DNA of 6,017 nucleotides from a virus: positions 1-6,017 of IMG/VR virus record IMGVR_UViG_3300014556_000002. One strand, written 5' to 3'. The translations under genes and the position numbers were made by a program. The notes below the pieces were generated by a model. The model was given only the letters and a program-made list of their open reading frames with translations, made no database searches and had not been told where the DNA came from. Shown one piece after another: positions 1 through 5,303 of the stretch (the first letter of the stretch is position 1; every line of letters begins with the position of its first letter).

Positions 1-99
1 AACAGAATCCAAGAAAGCAAGGAACAAATTGCATCCAGCAACATAAAAGAAGCCCAAGCCAATGCAAGAAAAGCAGTGGAAGAATTCAACCAAGCAATG
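1..99. repeat. Terminal redundancy copy 1 (circular-contig overlap), identical to 5919-6017
   Basis: Base-by-base comparison by eye: aacagaatccaagaaagcaagg...gaattcaaccaagcaatg is present at both ends, 99/99 identical. Confidence 0.97.
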
Positions 100-519
100 C
101 TCAACACAGAATATCTGGACAAGACGCAGCAGCAAAGAATTCAAACGATAACAGACCAACTCTCATTGATACAGAAACAAGGGCTAAAAGAAGAAGCCGT
201 AATAGACCTAACCAACGCACAAGCTTCAAAGGTAAGAAAAGAAATAGACATACTGTGGTACGATGCAATAACAAGAAGAACAAGTGCAGAAGCGCTGAAA
301 AAACAAGCCGATGCGGCAGTCGAGAAGATAGCGAAAGAATATGAACTCGGCAGAGGGCATCTAGACCTAGAAGAACAAAAGAACCTAAGGGAATGGATAT
401 ACCAAGGAATTGACCAGATTACCAATATAGTAGAAGTTATCGGAAAGATAAAGAATGGAATGGACGCATTAGAAGCACTAGCCAAACAATCAAAAACAAT
501 CGTAATAAACAAAAATTAA
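1..519 (+). CDS. VP2: VP2 minor capsid / DNA pilot protein, C-terminal part (the gene starts at 5304 and wraps around the circle; stop TAA at 517-519)
   Basis: The frame is open from base 1 (NRIQESKEQIASSNIKEAQANARKAVEEFNQAM...). It is the same frame as ORF 76-519 in the track and in phase with 5304-6017 after subtracting 5918. The sequence is Q/E/K/A-rich and looks coiled-coil-like, as in microvirus pilot proteins. The track start at 76 is a GTG inside the longer gene. Confidence 0.85.
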   Translation, partial: NRIQESKEQIASSNIKEAQANARKAVEEFNQAMLNTEYLDKTQQQRIQTITDQLSLIQKQGLKEEAVIDLTNAQASKVRKEIDILWYDAITRRTSAEALKKQADAAVEKIAKEYELGRGHLDLEEQKNLREWIYQGIDQITNIVEVIGKIKNGMDALEALAKQSKTIVINKN

Positions 520-520
520 A

Positions 521-1588
521 ATGTGTTATTTTCCAATCAAAATCAAGAACAAGCGGTTTGTACCTACAAAAAAAAATGGGTACGAACCGCCCGTTTGTAC
601 AGACGAACGACTAAAATATATCGAAGTAGAGTGCGGATATTGCTTCGAATGCAGGAAGAAAAAAAGAAACGCATGGAGAGTAAGGAACTTCGAACAACTA
701 AGAGAAACACCTACAGCGATATTCTTCACGGGGACGGTGTCTCCGGAAAGATACAATCATATCAAAGAAAAGTACAACCTAAAGACGGACAACGAAATAA
801 TCACAAAAATACACAGGCTATTCCTCGAAAGAATAAGGAAAGAAACAGGGAAGAGCATGAAACATTGGTGTGTAACAGAAAAAGGACACACCAATACAAG
901 AAGAATACATTTGCACGGAATATTCTATGCACCAAACGGAATGACACAATTCAAGTTGATAAACATATTAAGAAACAACTGGATAGATGGTTATTGCTAC
1001 AACGGAAAATACTGCAACGAAAAGACAATAAACTATGTATCAAAGTACATGACAAAAAAAGACGAAGACAATCCCGAATATACAGGAAAAGTACTATGTT
1101 CTCCAGGACTAGGAGCAGGATACATAAAACGAATAGGGAAAAGGCACGAATGGAACGAAGAAAATACAAAAGAAGACTACTACACAAGGCAAGGAACATA
1201 TATCGCATTACCAAAGTACTACAAATACAAGCTGTTCACAGAAGACCAAAGGGAACAACTATGGATATACCGAGAAGACTCCGGAGAAAAGTTCGTAGGG
1301 AACCTCAAAATAAAAATCACAGACGAAGAAAGCGAAGAATACTATAACACGCTAAGAAAACAACACAATGAAGAAGGAATAAAAATACATAAAGACGATA
1401 TCAAAGAAATCATTATCAAGAAATTACAAAACAGAAGAGATAAAAACAAAAAAAGTAAGGCGCAAAGACTTTTCGAATTATACGGGAAAGACCTAAGAAA
1501 AACAATAAACAATAACCTAAAGCTAGCGAGAGACATCGAAGAGTTCAAAAAAATCTACGAAGAAGAAAAATATTTTTTAAGGGTATAG
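521..1588 (+). CDS. VP4: VP4 replication initiator (HUH rolling-circle endonuclease, phiX174 gpA-like)
   Basis: 355 aa. Motif 1-like IFFTGTV lies at aa 67-73. The HUH motif is RIHLHGIFY, with H130-L-H132 at nt 908-916. The double-tyrosine catalytic motif YVSKYMTKK (Y172 at nt 1034-1036, Y176) resembles the phiX174 gpA active-site motif as I recall it (YVAKYVNK). The N-terminal Cys cluster (C2, C26, C38-x2-C41-x2-C44) is typical of microvirus VP4. The ATG lies 1 nt after the VP2 stop. Confidence 0.95.
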   Translation: MCYFPIKIKNKRFVPTKKNGYEPPVCTDERLKYIEVECGYCFECRKKKRNAWRVRNFEQLRETPTAIFFTGTVSPERYNHIKEKYNLKTDNEIITKIHRLFLERIRKETGKSMKHWCVTEKGHTNTRRIHLHGIFYAPNGMTQFKLINILRNNWIDGYCYNGKYCNEKTINYVSKYMTKKDEDNPEYTGKVLCSPGLGAGYIKRIGKRHEWNEENTKEDYYTRQGTYIALPKYYKYKLFTEDQREQLWIYREDSGEKFVGNLKIKITDEESEEYYNTLRKQHNEEGIKIHKDDIKEIIIKKLQNRRDKNKKSKAQRLFELYGKDLRKTINNNLKLARDIEEFKKIYEEEKYFLRV

Positions 1589-1591
1589 CAG

Positions 1592-1620
1592 CGACGGAAG
1601 AGAAAAGCTCTCCGGGAAAT
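1592..1620 (+). repeat. Hairpin module A: CGACGGA...CTCCGGGAAAT
   Basis: Stem 1595-1602 (cggaagag) pairs with 1608-1614 (ctctccg): 7 bp with one bulged A and a 5-nt loop. It shares the exact 7-mer CGACGGA and the CTCC(C/G)G(G)AAAT tail with module B at 1688-1706. Confidence 0.6.
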
Positions 1621-1676
1621 AGCTTACGCGTTGCAGACATCAAGCTTAAAGGATGGCAGTACTATAGCCTACGGCT

Positions 1677-1710
1677 CTGATTTCAGTCGACGGAGTCTCC
1701 CGAAATTCAG
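1677..1710 (+). repeat. Hairpin module B: outer stem ctgatttc/gaaattcag enclosing CGACGGAGTCTCCCGAAAT
   Basis: 1677-1684 pairs with 1702-1710 (8 bp, one bulged T). The inner sequence GGAGTCTCC is a near-palindrome and GTCGAC is a palindrome. The CGACGGA 7-mer at 1688-1694 is identical to 1592-1598. Confidence 0.55.
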
Positions 1711-1719
1711 GGGGTGTAT

Positions 1720-1738
1720 AACCATGTTTCACATGGTT
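1720..1738 (+). other. Perfect 7-bp stem / 5-nt loop hairpin (aaccatg-tttca-catggtt)
   Basis: Direct reading: 1720-1726 is the exact reverse complement of 1732-1738. No T-run follows, so it is not a classic terminator. Confidence 0.6.
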
Positions 1739-1741
1739 GCC

Positions 1742-1759
1742 AAAAGTTACTAAAAGTTA
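1742..1759 (+). repeat. Tandem direct repeat AAAAGTTA x2 with 10-nt period
   Basis: c-aaaagtta-c / t-aaaagtta-t at 1742-1749 and 1752-1759. The spacing is one helical turn. It lies between the hairpins and the promoter. Confidence 0.55.
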
Positions 1760-1795
1760 TATATGTGTTAATTTAATGTTAAAGCTCGGCAAATA

Positions 1796-1827
1796 TTTGT
1801 CGGGCAAAAAAAGGTTGTATACGTTTG
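1796..1827 (+). promoter_or_regulatory. Bacteroides/Bacteroidota-type promoter: -33 TTTG (1796-1799) and -7 TAcgTTTG (1820-1827), 20-bp spacer
   Basis: It matches the published Bacteroides consensus TTTG / TAnnTTTG. As I recall, the reported spacing is about 19-21 bp. It sits about 28 nt upstream of the ATG at 1856, with an A-rich leader. The -33 element is embedded in a 22-bp imperfect palindrome at 1784-1805. Confidence 0.55.
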
Positions 1828-1855
1828 TCCCAGAAAACAAAAAAAACAAAGAATT

Positions 1856-2143
1856 ATGAAACATCGTCAATTCAAAACAGAATGTTTTTGTAGGGCAATA
1901 ATCAACGAAAAGACATTCGTATGCAACAATCTCAAAGAAATGAAAACGAAAATCTACCATCTCGGAACAAGAGAAAAAAAATACGAGGTAGACGTAGTAG
2001 ACAAAAAAACAGGAATTACCAACGACATCTATTTAATGAAGTATACAAGAGAGGGGCCGATATTCCAAAAACAGATATACTCAAGATGGAAAGAAGAACA
2101 GGCAAAAGCAAGAATTCAACAACTAACAATAAACATAGTATAA
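1856..2143 (+). CDS. Hypothetical protein, 95 aa (ORFan; first gene downstream of the promoter)
   Basis: It has the AATTATG start context shared with three other genes. Amino-acid composition is diverse (C, F, Y, W, I, V present). The stop overlaps the next ATG (TAATG at 2141-2145). I recognise no family. A second frame (1921-2226) is also open across it. Confidence 0.55.
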   Translation: MKHRQFKTECFCRAIINEKTFVCNNLKEMKTKIYHLGTREKKYEVDVVDKKTGITNDIYLMKYTREGPIFQKQIYSRWKEEQAKARIQQLTINIV

Positions 2144-2226
2144 TGAAAACAGAAAAAATCAAAAAAATCATCACAAACCTAATCAAATTACTAAAATGGC
2201 TATATACTTTGATATCAAAGAAATGA
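2143..2226 (+). CDS. Candidate 27-aa amphipathic mini-protein MKTEKIKKIITNLIKLLKWLYTLISKK (speculative)
   Basis: The ATG overlaps the upstream stop (TAATG), which suggests translational coupling. This is the only open frame covering the otherwise unassigned 2144-2195. It overlaps the peptidase start by 31 nt. It is too short for statistical support. Confidence 0.3.
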   Translation: MKTEKIKKIITNLIKLLKWLYTLISKK

Positions 2227-2576
2227 CAGATTCGCAAACAGCGAAACAGCATCATATAGACAATACTCCGACCAAAGAAGTAATAGATAACCTAAAAAAA
2301 GTAATGTATGTACTTGACATAGTAAGAGCACACATGGGAAAACCTATACTTGTCAACAGTGGATACAGGTGCAAAAAACTAAACGAAATGGTAGGAGGAG
2401 TTCAAAATTCAATGCATACCAAAGGACTAGCAGCAGATATCCGAACAAGAGAGAAAGAGGATATAAACATAATGTACGAGTTCCTAAAAGAAAATCAAAA
2501 AAAACTGAAAATTATAGAGCTTCTCAACTATGGGACTTTCATTCATATAGGAGTAAGCGAAACATTAACAATTTAA
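2196..2576 (+). CDS. Zinc D-Ala-D-Ala carboxypeptidase-like peptidoglycan peptidase, M15 family (Peptidase_M15_3 / LAS-type); putative endolysin
   Basis: 126 aa with the family signature SGYRCKKLNEMVGGVQNSMHTKGLAADI...FIHIGV. The H-x6-D...H zinc triad is H74 (nt 2415-2417), D81 (2436-2438) and H117 (2544-2546). There is no N-terminal signal peptide or TM segment. Confidence 0.85.
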   Translation: MAIYFDIKEMTDSQTAKQHHIDNTPTKEVIDNLKKVMYVLDIVRAHMGKPILVNSGYRCKKLNEMVGGVQNSMHTKGLAADIRTREKEDINIMYEFLKENQKKLKIIELLNYGTFIHIGVSETLTI

Positions 2577-2588
2577 ATTTACAAAATT

Positions 2589-2804
2589 ATGGTAGAAAAT
2601 TTCTTTAAAATCCTTCCAACGAACACGGAAGAAAACGATTACGTAATCGTATGCGGAAATGTTCAAGCATCGAAAGAGCATTTCAAATCAGTAAAAGCTG
2701 CACAAGAATACATCAACACCAAACCATGGGATTTGATTTTTACAATTTCCTATGCAGCACACAAAGCGCTAAATGCACAAGAAGCAGAAGAAAAACAAAA
2801 GTAA
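2589..2804 (+). CDS. Hypothetical protein, 71 aa (ORFan)
   Basis: It has the same AAAATTATGG start context as the capsid gene. It sits in a 12-nt and a 22-nt gap between neighbours. Composition is diverse. I recognise no motif. Confidence 0.55.
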   Translation: MVENFFKILPTNTEENDYVIVCGNVQASKEHFKSVKAAQEYINTKPWDLIFTISYAAHKALNAQEAEEKQK

Positions 2805-2826
2805 AACAACTAAAAAGTATAAAATT

Positions 2827-4797
2827 ATGGCAATTACAAGAACTATCGGGAAAAACACCCTAGGTGACAACAACAAGATGCATGTGAGACTCAGAGAATA
2901 CGACATGTCTTCACAGAATCTAAGTTACGTATTTCGCAGCACAATGGGTGTCGGAATGCTCGTGCCATTCATGAAAATCGTATGTCAAAAGGGCGATATC
3001 TTCGACATCAAACTGATAAACAAAACAATGACACATCCAACGCTAGGGCCGCTGTTCGGAAGTTTCAAACTACAGCACTTTATCTTCACGGCAGGATTCA
3101 GACTGTACAACAGCTGGTTACACAACAACAGAACCGGTATCGGAATGAAGATGAGTGATATCAAACTTCCAATAATACTAAGAGGAGGCCCAACAGACAC
3201 AAACGATGAGATAAAATACAATCCTTCATCATTATACTCATATCTTGGATGGAAAGGGTGCAAACAAACAGGTACAGACACAGCAGGGAAAAATGCAATA
3301 CCATGGCTAATATATCTTGACATATTCAAAAACTACTTTGCCAACACTCAAGAAGACAAATTCTACATAATCGCAGGAGGCACAGAAGCAACAGTAACAA
3401 TCGCCCAAGAAAACGAAAAAACATTCACAGTAGAAGTAGGGAAAAATGCAGACCAAACATGGACCGGACCAATGGGAAGCACCGCAACTCTAAAAGCAGG
3501 GGACAACGTAGAAGACTACGCAAGTTTCTGGAAAAGCGTAAAAATAAAATTCTATAACCCATCAACCAATCAAAGCAAAGAATCGTATGTAAATTACCTA
3601 ACTTCAAACGTCAACGGGCAAACCATCAAAACGGATAAAATAACAACAGTATTCACGGCAGGAAACAGCCTAAACGGATATACTACGATAAAAGGAATAT
3701 ATGTAGGAAAATTCCCAGGCGACGAAACACTATACAAAAATTCACTAAAACCAATCCTCAATGAACAAAAACTAGAAACTCTTGACAAAATAAGAGACGA
3801 AATTCTGAAAAATCCAGGAAACGTAGCTCTAGAAATGGCAGGAACAAAAGACCAAGACGTAAACGGACTATTCAACACATTAAGAGTAGCTTCAACAAAC
3901 AAACTAGGAGGACTAGTGTTAAAAACGTACGACAGTGACATATTCAACAACTGGGTAAAAACAGACTGGATAGACGGAGAGAACGGTATTTCAAAAGTAA
4001 CAGCGTTAAAACCAGACGAAGACGGAACAATCACGATGGACGCACTAAACTTACAGCAAAAAGTTTACAATATGTTGAACCGCATTGCTGTATCGGGTGG
4101 AACATATCGCGACTGGTTGGAAACAGTATACACAGCAGGAAGATATCTCGACAGACCAGAAACACCAGTATTCCAAGGCGGAATGAGTCAAATGATAGAG
4201 TTTGACGAAGTAGTGGCAACAACAGGAAACGCAGAAGGACAAGCGTTAGGAGAGCTAGCAGGTAGAGGATACGCAAGACAACCAAATACCAGCGGCAGAC
4301 TCCACTTCCAAGTCGAAGAACCCGGATATGTCATGGGAATCATGGCAATCACTCCGATGATAGACTATTCACAAGGCAACGATTTCGACCTCAACCTATT
4401 CTCAATGGACGACTTACACAAGCCGGCATTAGACGGTATCGGATACCAAGACCTAATGAACGAGCAACGCGCATGGTGGACAGCAAAACAAGAGGGAACA
4501 ACAATCGTCGACACGACACCCGGAAAATCAGTTGCATGGATTGACTACATGACCAATTTCAACAAAACATTCGGGAACTTTGCATCCGGAGGAAGTGAAG
4601 ACTTCATGGTACTAAATCGAAACTACGAGAGAGATGACAGCAACGGTATTTCCAACGGGTCAACATATATCAATCCACAGGAACATATCGACATCTTTGC
4701 AGATACAGCACTAGACAGCCAGAACTTCTGGGTGCAGACAGCCTGCGAAATCACGAGACGCGGAAATTATTCTGCAAAACAAATTCCCAATTTCTAA
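2827..4797 (+). CDS. VP1: VP1 major capsid protein (Microviridae F-protein family), 656 aa
   Basis: The N-terminal pattern SYVFRSTMGVGMLVPFMKIVCQKGDIFDIK...THPTLGPLFGSFKLQHFIFTAGFRLYNSWLHN follows the conserved microvirus MCP layout (G-LVP...GD-F...P...P...K...FF...R-L...W). A later block LQQKVYNMLNRIAVSGGTYRDWLETVYTAGRYLDRPETPVFQGG is also typical. I prefer the start at ATG 2827 (MAITRT) over ATG 2773. The 2773 start would overlap the 71-aa ORF, and 2827 carries the AAAATTATGG context. Confidence 0.95.
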   Translation: MAITRTIGKNTLGDNNKMHVRLREYDMSSQNLSYVFRSTMGVGMLVPFMKIVCQKGDIFDIKLINKTMTHPTLGPLFGSFKLQHFIFTAGFRLYNSWLHNNRTGIGMKMSDIKLPIILRGGPTDTNDEIKYNPSSLYSYLGWKGCKQTGTDTAGKNAIPWLIYLDIFKNYFANTQEDKFYIIAGGTEATVTIAQENEKTFTVEVGKNADQTWTGPMGSTATLKAGDNVEDYASFWKSVKIKFYNPSTNQSKESYVNYLTSNVNGQTIKTDKITTVFTAGNSLNGYTTIKGIYVGKFPGDETLYKNSLKPILNEQKLETLDKIRDEILKNPGNVALEMAGTKDQDVNGLFNTLRVASTNKLGGLVLKTYDSDIFNNWVKTDWIDGENGISKVTALKPDEDGTITMDALNLQQKVYNMLNRIAVSGGTYRDWLETVYTAGRYLDRPETPVFQGGMSQMIEFDEVVATTGNAEGQALGELAGRGYARQPNTSGRLHFQVEEPGYVMGIMAITPMIDYSQGNDFDLNLFSMDDLHKPALDGIGYQDLMNEQRAWWTAKQEGTTIVDTTPGKSVAWIDYMTNFNKTFGNFASGGSEDFMVLNRNYERDDSNGISNGSTYINPQEHIDIFADTALDSQNFWVQTACEITRRGNYSAKQIPNF

Positions 4798-4809
4798 AAC
4801 AATACAATT

Positions 4810-5160
4810 ATGTTAAGAAAAAGAAACCTCAAAAGATACAACCCATTCGAAAAATATGCAACAAAATACGAAGAGGGTGAAAATATTCTTACAAAGATCA
4901 GACGAATACTGGATGAGAACGAACCATTAACAGACGGAGCACCGCTAATTTACACACCAAAAGAGGACGGAGTAAGACCAGAATTCGATATCCGGACAGA
5001 CAAATGGCAGATAGCAATCAATGCCATGGACAGAGTAAACGCGTACAAGCTGACAGACTACACAAAGAACGGACGAAATCCGGAAATGAAAGAACCGGAA
5101 AAAGAAGGCGAAACAACAACGGGTGAAACAACCAATACGGGAGACAACTCGGCTGCGTAA
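4810..5160 (+). CDS. Small conserved microvirus protein, 116 aa; possible internal scaffolding (VP3-like) role
   Basis: It starts 12 nt after the VP1 stop, with the AATTATG start context. The motif LIYTPKEDGVRPEFDIRTDKWQIAINAMD resembles a block I recall from small proteins encoded next to MCP in gut microviruses. It has an acidic, Thr-rich tail. The function is inferred from size and synteny only. Confidence 0.6.
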   Translation: MLRKRNLKRYNPFEKYATKYEEGENILTKIRRILDENEPLTDGAPLIYTPKEDGVRPEFDIRTDKWQIAINAMDRVNAYKLTDYTKNGRNPEMKEPEKEGETTTGETTNTGDNSAA

Positions 5161-5190
5161 GCCTCGAACACTACATGCAAGAAAAAAGAG

Positions 5191-5221
5191 GCGGGGATGT
5201 AAATATATATTCCCGCTTTTT
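5191..5221 (+). terminator. Rho-independent terminator after the capsid-module genes
   Basis: Stem 5191-5201 pairs with 5206-5216: a gcggg/cccgc core extended to 11 bp with two G-U pairs and a 4-nt loop. It is followed by TTTTT (5217-5221) and preceded by an A6 tract (5182-5187). It lies 31 nt after the stop at 5160. Confidence 0.75.
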
Positions 5222-5303
5222 CAAGCCCAAAAAGCGCAGTACGCATGTAGACTATTATATCAAGTAGAATATAGTAGCGCTTACTTAAAAAGAAGCGCGA
5301 AGA

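Larger units (their letters stand above)
1589..1855. other. Main non-coding control region (267 nt): duplicated hairpin modules, a short tandem repeat and a promoter
   Basis: No credible ORF on the + strand. It appears locally richer in G+C than the A-rich coding sequence. It contains several inverted and direct repeats, listed separately. Confidence 0.7.

Noticed and set aside
76-519. ORF 76-519 as an independent 147-aa gene.
   Set aside because: Its 'start' is a GTG inside a frame that is already open from base 1. The frame continues from 5304-6017 across the circular junction, so it is the C-terminus of VP2.
1594-1738. Hairpins after the rep stop as a transcription terminator.
   Set aside because: None of the three stem-loops is followed by a T-run on the + strand.
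1757-1784. dif-like (XerC/D) site. TAATGTTAAAG at 1774-1784 matches the E. coli XerD arm TTATGTTAAAT at 9 of 11 positions, which could hint at Xer-mediated lysogeny as proposed for Bacteroidetes microvirus proviruses.
   Set aside because: No matching XerC arm or overall dyad symmetry lies upstream (ttatatatgtg). The region is AT-rich, so a 9/11 match is unremarkable, and I do not know the Bacteroidota dif consensus well enough. It is worth a motif scan only.
2773-2826. Upstream ATG at 2773 as the capsid gene start (adds MHKKQKKNKSKTTKKYKI).
   Set aside because: It would overlap the 71-aa ORF by 32 nt and adds a low-complexity Lys-rich leader. ATG 2827 has the same AAAATTATGG context as the neighbouring gene and gives a typical MCP N-terminus. 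I cannot fully exclude it without alignments.
2369-2863. Alternative-frame + ORFs 2369-2608 (79 aa) and 2651-2863 (70 aa).
   Set aside because: These are K/R/N-rich out-of-frame readings of the peptidase and the 71-aa ORF in the same -1/+2 frame that is generically stop-poor in this genome. They have no independent start signal or motif.
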